DNA from: Lobosporangium transversale
Taxonomy: Eukaryota
Direction: 5' to 3'
Length of the DNA: 64,000 nt
NCBI RefSeq assembly: GCF_002105155.1
Contig: NW_019028980.1
Coordinates: forward strand, 434,001-498,000
The position numbers and the translations under genes are program-made. Below are positions 23,993 to 37,427 of the stretch, piece after piece (position 1 is the first letter of the stretch; each line of letters starts with the position of its first letter). The notes under the pieces were generated by a model that saw only the letters and a program-made list of their open reading frames with translations, was not told the origin of the DNA and did not search any database.

Positions 23993-24103
23993 CCGCTTTC
24001 TTTACAGTTTTGTGGTCTCTTCTATGGTCCTACTCTGCTGTACATTGAGTTAGAAGTGACCGATTAACGTTTTTCATCCTTTCCTCTTCTTGAGAAAAAG
24101 CAA

Positions 24104-24134
<31 letters not shown>

Positions 24135-27100
24135 TGCGAGCAGCAACTGTTGCATGAACTAAAAATAAACTAACAAAAGATACTCTTTCCAGAGGCGGAA
24201 AAAAAGGGGGAGCAAAAGAAAAGGAAAGTAAGAAGCGGGAATACGTATCGCTGTATAAGACCCAGACCCATGTTGATCAAAATCAAGGTATTGAGGCTTA
24301 AACTGTTTATTCATCATATTTTGTGTCAATTATGACTCGAATCGAGGCTAATTCTGGCAACAAGGAATTAGAGAGAACATCGCCACGTCAGGTGACAATA
24401 GATACAATAAAACGCTGTCAAGAATTGTGTCTGTGCACATGGATGCAGAGTGAGCGTCATTAGGACCCTTTTTTAAGCATGCATACGAACAACAACAAAA
24501 AAAAAGAAAGAATATGATTTTCTTGTCCAATGGCCTTCACGTCTATTTAACAGGTACCTTGTACAATATACCCAAAAGGATTAAACTTCGTTGGTGCAGT
24601 AGACAAATAGAACATTATATAGTGAGGGAAAAAAAATCTCATTGACCAGCCTTTAGTTGTCTGTTCAAAAAAGGGAGCTTGTCTTAATATACACGTGTTC
24701 CCATTCGTTATCCGTGCCAGGGCGTGCTCGAGTTATTCTCACGCATAAAAGATGCTCTTATTTAGCGTGTTGAATTTTAATCAATTATTATTTTATTATT
24801 ATTATTTGAATTGTAATGTTTAGTGAAATACGCGTACTAAACAGCAATTTCCAGTATTTAGCGTCGGTCATATATTTCTCTTTCACTTTGCTCCTATGAA
24901 TTTTCTTTGTATTATGACTTTCATTAGCTCTCTAAAACCTCCGCCATTTATTGCATTTGCTCACCTCGCACAAGGGGTCGGATGGTCCCTAATCTTCGAT
25001 ATTTTACAGTAAGAGTCGATCGCTATATCAATCATCAGAAATGGCAATCAATAGTATCATGTAAGAATTACGGAGCTTGGTTGGCTACATATCTGTCACA
25101 CCCCACTTCGGGATAGCGCCTTCATAGCCGCTTTACTTCAAGCCAAGGAGGATATGATTCATATTACAGAAGGCTGTGATTTATTATGTCGCAAAAAACC
25201 TTCATCAACAGACTATTCCAAACAGGAAAACGAAGAGTTTGCGAAAACGTCGTCCTTTACAGTTTTGCAATAAAAAAAAAAAAAAAAAAAACTAATGCCC
25301 GAGCATGCTATTAATATTCACGAACATTAATGCAACTACGACAAGCCTATACCATGAATAGGCGTCTAACTAAGCGCTGGGGACCTTTGTATTATTGACT
25401 AAACTCTTGTGAATTTAGATCGAGATATTATCCTGAGTATGGGTCCAGCTGTTCATTTGCGCCTGTGCAGAAGCGAGATTTGAGTTTAGAGACAATGCCA
25501 TAGAAGGGCACGCTCATGAATAGTACGATAGCCGAAAAGACTCAGTCCAAGGCACCTAATAGACGGAGGACAGTAGAGCAGAACATAGTCAGAGCATACT
25601 CATGCTGGTTCATCAGAGATGTGATCTAAACGTCAGCAAAGCCTTCAAGACATCAAGACCATCGACCGGATGCTTTAAGCGCGTCATTTGACTTGAAGTT
25701 ATAAATTCCAGGGTTGCCATCATGGATCAACTACGAGCCAGACATAGATCACCCCTTAAAAGTGTTGGCTTTCTCTTACATCGCTTCATCTTCAATAAGA
25801 ACACTACAATGTGGGACCTCACCTCCGTCTCAGCCTCTTGTTAGGTGATCACCATCATGAGACTCTCTTCCGGAATATTTCTTCTTTTGCTCCAAACGGC
25901 AAGGGAGCCTGCCAATGCCATATATGCCATATATGTATAGTAACTGGGGAAGAAGACTTACGACGACTTCTGTAGAGTGGAGCTTGCTTCCCAGTCAGTT
26001 GGAAAAAAAGTTTGAATTATCACAGCATCCTGGGACAGCTTTGGATAAGACTACTCCTGAGACTAACATCGCAATTATAATCATCTTTTCAAGGCTGTCG
26101 GATCATGTAGTATACCCAGTGTTATTATACTTCTTAGCTTGCTTGATCATGAAATCAGCGACAGCTCGCTCTTGATTTACGCACTGCAGGCAGGTTCACT
26201 TGAGTAAATTAATGGTCAAATTGTCAATACAAGGACAAATGCCCAATATGACCTGACTTTACCATGGCCAACGCGATGTATATTCGGGATAGAATATTAA
26301 CCCATTCATATTACCACTTAATAATGCTAATCACTTCAGACATGCTTGTATGAATATATACATACTTGGTAGCTGGATAAGATCTTACTAAGCATAAAGA
26401 GCCCTACGCGTGAGAGCTCTACTGACACCAAATTTGAGAATAATAGTGAGTTAGCCATGAATAAACTTTGGCAGAATGAATTGCTTCGACAGGCGATCTA
26501 AAGGAAACGCACTGATTTTCAATTATGAACATGAGATGTCTAGAAGGCCTGATTTCTTACAGCACTTCCCAAAATGCGGAGAAACATCCATGAAATATTG
26601 AGATTTACCCGAGAATAAAGTTAAAAGAATGGGTGCTGAGCCAAAAAACCATAATGCTTAGGTCGTCTACTTGCCACTCACTGCCAATTGTTTTAAAGCA
26701 GCGTATTACTAAGAAGAACTCATTGGACTTCGCCTTGACATCAGGAAAGAATTGTCCAGGCTCTGCTGAAATATTGCAATGTTGCATTTATTGGTTGCTC
26801 TGTGCACAAAAAATGATGTGATCAATTAAATATTGGCGAAGCCTGGAGACCCAGTTTGGAGCTTTTATATGTTTGCCGTGTAACCACTTCTTTTTTCACG
26901 ATAACGACAGATGAAAAAGATTATCATATCTGGAAAGCCAGAAATAACTTTAAACGCGTCAAAACTTTTATTCTTGCATGAATGCAATCCCTACCTGAAC
27001 GCGAATGAATAGGGGTCAGGAGATGTCACCGAAAGTTGATAGCTCCATATCCATCATGTTGATGTCATGAATAAGGCGAAGCATAAATTGATAAAGTCTT

Positions 27101-27450
27101 TTTTTTTATTTTTTCTTTTTTTTTCTTTTCTTTTTTTTTTTTTTTCTTTTTTTTTTTTTTTTATTTTTTTTTTTCAAAAGCCCCTGCAGTGAAAACGCGC
27201 GGTAAATTTATACCACGCAGTCATGAACCTAAAATTTTTTTTTTTTTGCTTCGCCATTAAGCAATAAGAATGAGGAAAATTATTATCATCACAATTTGGC
27301 GATTTTCATCCATCACATTTCATAATTTCAATTGCGGCATAAATCATACATTGGCTTCTCTGCTCGAACTAAGAGAGCAAAGAGGCTATTAAAGTACTTC
27401 CTGAGAAAGGCTTCCACGATACATTCATTACCGCTTCGACGTTTTAGCTT

Positions 27451-30078
27451 ATGGAAGCATCGTCCGCCGATTCTGCTCAGCTAGCTACTGCTAGGGCTAG
27501 GGCCAGGCAGCAGCATAACCAGATTCAGTCCAAGCTACTGCAATGTCCTCCAGAGATCCTCAAGATTATTGCTCTATGGATCCGCGACCCACTTGAACGG
27601 ATGCGCTTCAGTCATATATGCTCTTTCCTTTTCAGCATCACTTCCTCCCGTGATTGGTTTGACCTATTTTGCTTCCATCACCCTTCCTGGTCTCGTGGTT
27701 GTAAACTTGAAGATGAACCCGACAGAGATGGTACATCCATGTGGAAAAAGATCACAGTCAAAGACTCGTACCTATTCAAAAGATTGACGGCTGATCTACC
27801 GCCATTACCACCACCACTAACGTCATTGTCGCTGCAACAATCTTCCGATGCCGATGTCAATGCCGATGCTGATGCCAGTGCCAATGCCGATGCTGATGCC
27901 AGTGCCAATGCCAATATTGCTATGGATGTTGACTCAGCTTTCGAACACACTATACCAAATTCTGATGCAGTATATGTAATAGCACCATCAGAAACAGTGG
28001 CCTCTGAAGTAACCGGAGCTGCATCAATGTCAGAAGTATCAAATAATGTCCAAACAAGAGTAGGTCGTCTGAGAGTGTTGCTTAATGAGGCACAAGTTTT
28101 TCACTCAGATACGACCACCACAAATGGCAAATGGAGACGCATTGGTTCCCCTGTATATAACATCCACTATCCATCCGACAGCATCATTTCAGCTTCGATG
28201 CTCATGCGACCTACAGCCACAGGTGGGGACTGCCTTCAAGATCGCCAAATCCTTCTATACCAGCTGCCTGATCTCACCAACCCGATTGCTGTCTGTGGGA
28301 GCGAATACTGGACAGGAGACTTAGATCAGGGGAATAAATGGTATCATGATCTACCTCGCGACCAGGTTACGGTCTGCCAAATCATGGACATTAGACACTA
28401 TCCCGAGCAAATCATCAATAGGAAAATGAGAGTGGTGATGATCGTAGCCTTTGGAGAGAACTCACAACGTCATCCTCAGGATACAGCAGAAGAATCATAT
28501 GTTTTGGACATCTGGCGTCTTTTGAAGGTTATCGAGATCTGGATTCCGGCTTTCCCTAGACGGCCTAATTCAGATTCAAATGGTGCATTCATGGACAAGG
28601 AATCTAACCCGTGGTTTCGACAAACCGAACAGGAAACCCCAGCACGGGTACCAAGTATTCCACGCAAGGGTCGAGTAGAGACTATTTTTCCAAGTAGAAA
28701 TGACAATGTACTCCGCGGTAGAATAGCAAAGTTATTCACCGCACCGCCTACAGGAGGATCTTCATCATCTTTGCCATCATCTTCGCCATCTTCATCGTCA
28801 TCAACGGCAATAGCAACAACAACAGCAGCAACGTCGTCTGGTGGCTCACGAGAGAGCCAAGAGATGCTTGACTGCATCGCTATTTTCGGAATTCAGGATT
28901 CAGATACTTCAGCAGCTATGGTTATTAAGAAAGTGCTCTTCCTCGAAGATAAAGCCAAGAGTATCGCATCTTGGTCTAAAAAGCAAATCAGTCGAGGCGT
29001 CAGCTGCATGACTCTGTTTCCTTATCATAGTAATTATGAGCGCATGCTTGTGTTGTTTAATAGATACGGGCGGGGCCTCATATGGGACTGGGTGAATGAA
29101 AAGCAGGTTGCTCAGTTGCATATGCCCGTCGACCATAGGCCGAAGTCTTTTCAGGATAGACCCAAGGACTCTTCTGACTCTAATGCTTCCTCAGCCAATA
29201 CAGCCGATACAGCCGATGCTACCAATGCCAATATCAATGCCAATGCCAATGCCAATGCCAATGCCAGCGCAAGCACTGCCTCTATAATTGCAAACACTAC
29301 AGTTGCTCCAGCCCCATCCAACGAAATGACTTCCAACACTTCTACTGCTCCTCTCCCCACTTCAGTCGGTGCCCCAGTTATAACACCCGCACCAGCGCCC
29401 AACCTCAATGCCAATCCTAATCCTAACTCTAATCCTAACCCCAACGTTGACCCTGCAGCCGCAGCCTTTGCTCAACATCCTGATTTGTATTATTGGGGAG
29501 TCCAGGTCAGTTGGGCAGTCGAAGTGCCTATTCCACCCCGGAAGGATCCTACACAGCGATGCTCATTTAGGATTGTCATTTTGGCAGATGGTGCAGAAAA
29601 TGAATGGGAATCTTGCTGTTGGCACGTCGATAGTACTGTACTCGGAACTTCGGAGCGTGATTTGGAAGCACCTCCGTTTATTCCACCGAACGAGAGGAAA
29701 GTGCGATATAAACCTTCCGAGTCACCAGAGAATACATTGTACGCCGATTCGAAACGATACGAGAGACAAACGATTGGACACTGTTTGCCTGAACAATTGG
29801 AGGCAAATAAGGCCGAGGAGGGCAAGCCGATTATCTTTATTGCATATGTCGTTTGGAATCATTTCCGAATTGCATTGACATCCCAAATGGGACTGACTAT
29901 CTTTGATATGGAGGAGCTTGGTACAAAGGAGCCCGATGAGACACGTCCAGTGGATCGGCAATGGGTCACATATCTTGATGATACAAAAAACAATCCATTG
30001 GTGGATATAGCAACTGTTGGAGACAACCTTGTTATCACTCGGCGCCACAGCCATATGGTATGGTCGTTTTATGGATGA
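27451..30078 (+). CDS. F-box protein, 875 aa, intronless, with probable C-terminal beta-rich (propeller-like) region
   Basis: Long uninterrupted ORF. F-box-like LLQCPPEILKIIALWIRDPLERMRFSHICSFLFSIT. Beta-strand/Trp motifs (GRGLIWDW, LVITRRHSHMVWSF) and (NA)n/(DA)n low-complexity inserts. Confidence 0.75.
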   Translation: MEASSADSAQLATARARARQQHNQIQSKLLQCPPEILKIIALWIRDPLERMRFSHICSFLFSITSSRDWFDLFCFHHPSWSRGCKLEDEPDRDGTSMWKKITVKDSYLFKRLTADLPPLPPPLTSLSLQQSSDADVNADADASANADADASANANIAMDVDSAFEHTIPNSDAVYVIAPSETVASEVTGAASMSEVSNNVQTRVGRLRVLLNEAQVFHSDTTTTNGKWRRIGSPVYNIHYPSDSIISASMLMRPTATGGDCLQDRQILLYQLPDLTNPIAVCGSEYWTGDLDQGNKWYHDLPRDQVTVCQIMDIRHYPEQIINRKMRVVMIVAFGENSQRHPQDTAEESYVLDIWRLLKVIEIWIPAFPRRPNSDSNGAFMDKESNPWFRQTEQETPARVPSIPRKGRVETIFPSRNDNVLRGRIAKLFTAPPTGGSSSSLPSSSPSSSSSTAIATTTAATSSGGSRESQEMLDCIAIFGIQDSDTSAAMVIKKVLFLEDKAKSIASWSKKQISRGVSCMTLFPYHSNYERMLVLFNRYGRGLIWDWVNEKQVAQLHMPVDHRPKSFQDRPKDSSDSNASSANTADTADATNANINANANANANASASTASIIANTTVAPAPSNEMTSNTSTAPLPTSVGAPVITPAPAPNLNANPNPNSNPNPNVDPAAAAFAQHPDLYYWGVQVSWAVEVPIPPRKDPTQRCSFRIVILADGAENEWESCCWHVDSTVLGTSERDLEAPPFIPPNERKVRYKPSESPENTLYADSKRYERQTIGHCLPEQLEANKAEEGKPIIFIAYVVWNHFRIALTSQMGLTIFDMEELGTKEPDETRPVDRQWVTYLDDTKNNPLVDIATVGDNLVITRRHSHMVWSFYG

Positions 30079-31029
30079 GAGTATAGACCGGAAGGCCCAA
30101 GAAAGGGAGAATGCCTATTATGACGATTTGGGACGTCAAAGCTCTGCGCTACTGATCACGTAACCCCTGCGCTTTTCCAGGGCCATTTCTGTAAAAAGAA
30201 AAAGTCTGCAGGATGACACATTCGAACAGCATGGGGCTTGTTTTATTTAGTTTTTTAATATCTTGCATCGTTGTGTCATTGCTTGCATGGATCATGGACC
30301 ATTTATCATTTCTAGATACACTCTATTCTTGTATGCCAACATTTCCCCTACTTTAGTCCTATGCTTTACCCTTTTTTGTTCACCCGTTCTTTTTTATTTT
30401 TCACCTTTGCATTAATAGCCTCCCAAATAATCTAATGCTTAAGATGAGATGTAACGCGACCAGTACAAAACGGTAGAAGATTAAAAAATAATGGTAATGA
30501 TAAAAAAAAGATGAACCATTGTCATTCAATTCTATTATGCCTTTAAGACTTGAAAGTAGAGATAGCACATAAGAAAGAGAGTGTGTGGGTTTTCCAACTG
30601 GAAACGGATGCAAATATGCATGGCATGGTTTTCTGTCCTGTCCTATCCTATCCTTTCCTATCCTATCATATCCAATTTTATTCTATTAGTGTGAATATGA
30701 AGTTTACCCTGACAGCCCAAGTAGAGCGTGAGAGCGCTAATGTGATGTGCTATTGAATATGAATACCCTGCGTTCTGTCCCAATTCACTTTTTTTTATCT
30801 TACCACAGTTACTTTGATTTTTTTCGACATCTTTGCTGAACTTCCATTTCATTTCTTTGGATGCATTTGTTCATGTGTCCTGTTTCTATCTTTGTGAAAA
30901 ATTAAATAAAACTTGTTAGTTTGCACTTTACTTTTTACTCCTTTTCAGCAATAGGTGAATAACAAACGTATTGTATCCACTGTATTGTCTCACGAGCAAT
31001 CACCTCCAACACAAATACAAAATAGCAAA

Positions 31030-33330
31030 ATGTCCTCCTCAAGCTCTCCTATCACCCAAGTCTCACAGCAACAGCAACAGTTCTCTTCGTCATCGAATCC
31101 TATTACACAAGTCGTACCACCAGCCCCAGCACCATTACCATCACAGTATTACACACCAGGCAAACAACAATATGCATACCCTTCAAAGGTTATATTAGAT
31201 GTCAGAGGTACCCGGTTCGAAATCGAGCGCGAGACACTTATCGGTCTGCCTGAGAGCATCCTCATCGTGATGTTCCCTAATGGTCTAATCCTTCGACCAC
31301 AGCCCTTATCATCAAAAGCAAGAGCCACTGGGGTAGGACCTGGATACGGCTATGGACATGGACATTATCCGTCCGAGAGTACCTACACCACTGACTATAG
31401 TGATTACAGCGATTATAGCTATGACGATTATGAGGAGGAGGAGGGGGAGGAGGAGGAAGATGAGTACCAAAACGGAAATGGCAGAGAACAGAACCGCAAT
31501 GGTAACAGTAATGGAGGAGAGGCAGCTAGAGGAGACAATGAAGAAGAGTTGAATGACGAAAATCAATTTGAGGATGACCAACTCAATGACGAGGATGAGG
31601 AAGATAATGACGATGGAGATGAGGTCGAAGAGGAAGAACCACAGGTGATTCAAGTTGACTTTGATCCTGTCTGTTTGACATATATTCTTGAATTTTACCG
31701 AGAAGCTCAAAAGATGAGCGAGGCCCAACGGAGGCAGCGTGTACAGGAGCAACAGCAGATGATGATGCTACAACGTCAGCGACTACAGCAACAGCAGCAA
31801 CAATTGATGCAGAACCAACAGCAACAGCAGCAGCAGTTACAGCAGGATGATAATGGTCGTGACTATGGCTATGGGCTTGGTTATGGTAGATCAGGAAATG
31901 GAACAACAGCTGGATATACGTCAGAGCCAATTCCCTTGGGATCGATAATGCCTCAGAATCCATTGCTGACGAAACAGGCCATCATTGTCCTACGTGAAGA
32001 ACTTGACTATTTTGCAATCCCACCATCAAATCGAACATCGCAGAGGAGGAATAATGAGTCATCAACAACATCAACAACATCAACAACGCCAGCAGCAGCA
32101 GCAGGAGGAGGAGGAGGGGGAGGAGAAGTTACTAAAAAGGACGGACATCTTTCAACAGAAGAGCTGCCTCAACCTATGCGCACGAGCAATGCATCGTCCT
32201 CATCCCTATCAAAACCAAAGGCTTCAGGACTTGTACCATCATCTTCAACCACCACTACCGCTAGTACAGCCACGGTTACAATGGCAACGTCATCACCTGC
32301 TCTTCCGTCTGTGTCACTAAAGAATGGGAGTTCGATGTCGTCGCCGTTATCATCACCACCATTACCGCCGCTTCCGCCACCAGCCATGATCAAGACACAA
32401 TGTGGCAAAATATTACTCGAGGACCGTAAGATCTTTACGGCTCTACAGCGTAATATCAATAAGGAAAAAAATCAAGCAGAGCAACACCTCATGGATATGC
32501 TCTGCGTATCAGGCTTTCAACGCGATGGCGAATGGGGTTACCGACGATTAGAACCCAAGCGGACCACTGTTGTGAGTGTAGCCATGGTCATGCTGAGAAC
32601 AACGGCCCAACCTACTGCCACTACTACAAAATTATCAGCATCAGCATCACCATCCTCATCGAATTCAGTTTTAACCACACCATCAGCGACAGCATCAACA
32701 ACGCAACTATCAGTGGGATCTATGGCGCCGTCAATGAATTTACAAGTGACTGCTCCTGGATCAACAACAACGGCAACAATGTTACCAGCAGCAGCGGCAA
32801 CAGCAGCAGCGACAGCGTCCAAAGAGTCTACAGCCACGAATGAAGTGAATATATTGAAGGATACGGTTGCTATGCCTTTAACAGAATCTGAGGATGCTCA
32901 GACAAAGAGAAGCAGTAACAGCAATACTGCGAATGAAGAGCCTCGGAATGGTGAGCAGAGTAATAGCAATAGCAATAGCAATAGCAATAGTGATGATGCT
33001 GGTAACACAGCAGGAGCGACAACTTCATCCGTTTCAGGGCCTTCTTTACAAGAACAAAATCAGATTCAAATGGCCATTGCACAAAAGCTCTTACTGTTTT
33101 GGCGGAAACCAGCGGTAAGTCAACATGAACACAGCGTTGTACTACAAGTAAAACAATCAAGAAAAAAAAAAAAAAAAAAAGGTTGCTGATCATTTGTTAC
33201 CATGAACTATTAGAGAAAGTGCTGGTGGGACGGTATTCAAGTCGAAATTGATGACTCCAGCACCAGTGTTAAAGTACCAGTCCGACTCTGGGCACGACGG
33301 ACCTGGACCTTAGAGCTTGTCCTTGTCTAG
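31030..33330 (+). CDS. WHI2: Whi2-family BTB/POZ-like stress and nutrient regulator
   Basis: VILDVRGTRFEIERETLIGLPESILIVMFPNG, VDFDPVCLTYIL, IIVLREELDYF, EQHLMDMLCVSGF, KLLLFWRKPA|RKCWWDG, VRLWARRTWTLEL. Intron about 33115-33212; stop TAG 33328-33330. An upstream exon is possible (acceptor near 30954). Confidence 0.88.
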
Positions 33331-33578
33331 ACACTATGCACCGCAATATGTGCATCTGCATTTAATCCTTAATTTTTGTTTTTTGTATTCAAACAAGTTA
33401 ATAAAAATACTTCAAATGCTTCATGAATCTAGCTGAATGCTGTGAGAAGAGGTTGGTAATAGACTAGAAAGAAATGTACAAATATATATTTATTTCAATA
33501 AATCAGATGAGTTGCGCATATTGCTGAACTATATTCTTTGTTCGAAAGAAGAGTTGAGAGGTAGGGGAGGATTTTTTT

Positions 33579-34668
33579 TTAAAGGAGGAACACAGCTTTG
33601 GCAATCAAGCAAGTCACCTGCTTGCCTGGCATGCCATCGGAGTCTGGGTTTCTGACCTTAATGTTAACGGTGTATTTGCCCTTTTTTTTTTTTTTTTTCA
33701 AAAAAATAAAAAAATAAAAAAAGAAATTAATTTTAGTATTTAAAGTGGTTTTTAGCAAAGAACAAATTAGAAAACTTACGGGAGGAATTTCCTTGGGCAG
33801 CTCAACAGTCTGTTGGACATATTGGTCGCCAGCGACAATAGGGCATGGCATGTCAATCTTGACAGACTCTTCGCAGAAATCAAATGTCTGGGTCAACAGT
33901 TTGATCAAGCCAACTCTATTAATCAAAAAATGAAGAAGTGTAAAGCGCAAAAACAAAGGTCAGTCATTTTCAATCAACTTTTGAGGTTAATGAATCCCTC
34001 GTTATGCAAGCAAAGAAGAAGAATATATATATATATATATATATGCTATCATTGCGGGAGTAGCTGCTTTGTATCCTTCATTATCATCTGCTAAAGTTTA
34101 CTGATTTCATCCAGGGTGCGATGTGGTCGGTTGTTTGTTTTGTTTGTAATGACGAAAATTGTTATTATGGCAAGAACGTCTTATAGATCAGAGATGGAAA
34201 CAAGATGGCACAAATAGAGTTGATATACAATAGTTGGCTGCTTCGCCAGATGAAGATTTAGAAGAGTTTGAGGGGAGATGTATGTAATTTTGGCCTCATG
34301 ACGTTTTTGTTAATAAATGTCTCCCCTGTCCTTCATACTGTCAGTTTTTTTTTTATCCTTTTCTTTTTACTTCCTAAAAAGAAAAGAATCCTCCATCGTC
34401 ACGTAAGCTTGACGGTTTTTTAGTCAACGTTATGTATTTTCCTTTCTTTGCAGGTTTGAAAAGAGATACAATGAGCTGCGCCTTGTAATAAAGCCATACT
34501 GCAATGACTGCATGAACAGTATGTATGCAAATACCAAACTTTTGGCTCAGTAAAAGTTTTAGCTCTTTCGTGCAAGCATCTTATTTCTTGTTGGATTTAC
34601 AATAAAAATAAACCAAATGGCTGCTGTTCCTGTTCCTGCTTCTCTCTCTATCTCTCTATCTCCCTTTC

Positions 34669-34715
<47 letters not shown>

Positions 34716-35007
34716 GATGTGGTTTAATGTGATGGAATGTAATGTGTATAAGAAAGACTTACTTGACAACGACATCGATTTTAGCGCCCTGGACAATATC
34801 CTCAGTAAGGAATCCCTTTGCATCGATGGTAAGGTTTTGACCCTTGAGAGGAGGATTAGGAGTGAGGTTGACGTAGTCAATCGTGAGCAGATCAGTTTCA
34901 CCACCACAACTCTCAATGACTGCAGGTGGAGGAGCAAAGTCGAAGGGAGCAGCAGCAGCCAGACCTAATGCGCAGGCCAATGAGAATGCTACTGTTGAAA
35001 GACGCAT
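33579..35007 (-). CDS. NPC2: ML-domain lipid-transfer protein (Npc2 / PG-PI transfer protein), 3 exons
   Basis: Signal peptide, then ESCG..DLLTIDYVNLTPNPPLKGQNLTI..K|VGLIKLLTQTFDFCE..CPI..LPKEIPP|GKYTV..TCL. Exons 35007-34763, 33915-33780, 33680-33579. Confidence 0.92.
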
Positions 35008-35457
35008 GTTAGAGAAACTTGTGTTTTAAAAGTTAAGAAAAATATAATGTGAATGTGTGTAACGAGTTGAGAAAAAAAGTAACAAAAAGAGAAGGATGGG
35101 AAAGGGAAGTGATGGTTTAAAGAAAGTTAAATGCTCAAGTGTGCATACCCCGTGACAAGCATAATGACATCTTTTATCCATTAAATTCAAAATCATACGC
35201 GATTATCTTGAATGTTTCAACAACACCATTAGTAGAAAATGCCCACCACTTCAATGAATGAAGTAAAAACAAAAAAAAGACCCTTTAATAGCTATTCGTA
35301 ATAGGCTAACAAGTTAGTACAGCAATGGCAGGTCGTATTCCGAATGTTTTGTTGCTCTTCATCTGATCACAAGCTACAGTTGTTTACTGAACAGATGTTG
35401 TCTTGTGTCGAATAAATGGCCGCGCCGTTGTACTCATGACTTCCGAAGATTTTAATG

Positions 35458-36324
35458 TTACTTCTTCTCCTTTGCAAGAGCTTTCCTGGCTCTGAATTTC
35501 GCAATGTCAGCCTTGACCATGACATCCAACTCTTTCTTGAGCTGAGGACGGTATCCCAAGAAGAAAAGCACCTCATACACTACAAAGTAAGGAGCCAACA
35601 CAAAAGCTATACAAATATATAACATATTGGAAGACAGACAATCACACAGTTTTAGGAAGAGGGTTTTATATAAGCTCCCCTTCATATAAATATATATCAA
35701 TGTATCCCTCTTCTTTCACCATTTGCTCGTTACCTTGTACCAAATTATCCAGGAGTTTGGGAGCACGCTTTTCAAAGACACCGTGGCCAATGAATTGAGC
35801 AATCCAAGCCAAAATATGGATTGTAAGAGCAATCCTGTCAGCATTGGGGTTAGTCATTCGGAAATATGTAGCATGACGAGCGAGTCCGAGGAACAATGGG
35901 ATCGTGATAAGCTATGTAGATAGTCATTCAAGTAAGCAATCAAAATAAAAAAAAAATAAAAAATAAAAACGCGCCAAGTATTCCTCATGGTGTTCTTCTT
36001 GGATACAATAAAGAGTTTACTTACAGTGGAAACCTTATCCAAACAGATATAATACAAGTTATAGGCGACCATTATAAGGAACGAGACATTAGGTGGACAG
36101 AATTGATAAATCTTTGAGAGTGCGACAGCAACTGGTGCACCCGAGGCAACAGCAGCAGCTGAAGGTGCAGGAAGGAGTGGTCCAGATTTTGCGCCAAAGA
36201 CTAGGCCTGTCCACAGAAGGAGAGGAATGCAAGTGAGATGGATGCCGACATTCAATGGGTTGTTGTGATGAGATGCATACTGCAACAACTGGTGCTTGAT
36301 ATCAAAGAGCTTTGACAGAACCAT
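35458..36324 (-). CDS. MPO1: Mpo1/DUF962 2-hydroxy fatty acid dioxygenase, 3 exons
   Basis: [70 protein letters not shown]. Confidence 0.92.
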
Positions 36325-37380
36325 TTTTTTCTTGTTTTGCTTGTAAAAAAAAAAGAGAGAGAGTTATGATGTTTGTGAAGAGAGAAGAGAAAAGTAAAGA
36401 AAAAGAAATGCAAGCCGAATGTCCGTGAGAGAAAAAAAAAAAAGAAGCCGAGGTGTGCGTGGCGTGTGCATGGATTCTATGCTCAGCACATGTATGACAC
36501 TAATCTCTCCACATTCGGACTCTCGGGCCGCTCTTACAAAAACGACGTTGCATTAATCAAACCTTCTGAATCTGCATGTTCAAGCCAGGTCAGCAGCCAT
36601 ATTCCGGACAAATTATTGCCAATGAAGCAGCCGTGTTGCCGAGTCGGCAAATTACATCAGGACAATTGAGAGCGCGCGCTGTTTCCTTTTCCTCTTTTGT
36701 GCACAGTCTCTGTTGAGTTTTTTTTTTTTGTGTTTTATGTTTCAACGAGCTTAAGAAAGAAGCAACTGGGTCTGAGGCTATGATTACCATTTGCAAAAAC
36801 CATTCTTGAAAAACCAGTAAACTGGTACATGTACCAGAATTGAATCTGTCCAATGAGTTTGACTCTTGTCCCAACAAGTTGAGATTTTTTATCATCCACA
36901 TCCCCATTTAGCCTATTTGACCTCTTGTTCTCATTCGTCAATAGCGACAAGACGGCCAACAATCCAGATAAAGGGGACATGATTGTGCGGATGGTTAGGT
37001 TTTGCTTCTGTCGCCTTATGCAAATTCTGTACAGGAGACCATACTCTAGGGAGAAGCTCGAAAGCCTCCTTTGAAGAATGCACTATCAATGTAACATGCT
37101 ATTTTTCCACATTATAGGTATGACCAACAATAGAACTCGAGTCAACAAGGGTTCACAAGTGGTAATAATCTTGAGGATTGCAAAATGCTATTCAACCTCA
37201 TTGTATGCTCACTACAGTGTACATTTGTAATCAAGGAAAGGACTGTGGCATACTACATCGAGTAGGTCAATGATTACAAGAATGGCAATGGCAATGACAG
37301 AAACGGCTCAGCGTAAGAAAGCAGCCCCTACAGGTACTCAAAGCCCGTAGCCAAGCATAATGTCGAGAGCTCTATAGAAT

Positions 37381-37427
37381 AGTTAGACTTCTAGTCAAGG
37401 AAGTTAGACTTCTAGTCAAGGAAGTTA
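37381..37427. repeat. Perfect 21-bp tandem duplication (AGTTAGACTTCTAGTCAAGGA x2 plus partial)
   Basis: Read directly; no spacer between units. Confidence 0.9.

Noticed and set aside
37381..37427. 21-bp repeat with internal palindrome as a CRISPR array
   Set aside because: Only two adjacent units, no spacers, no cas genes, and a eukaryotic context.
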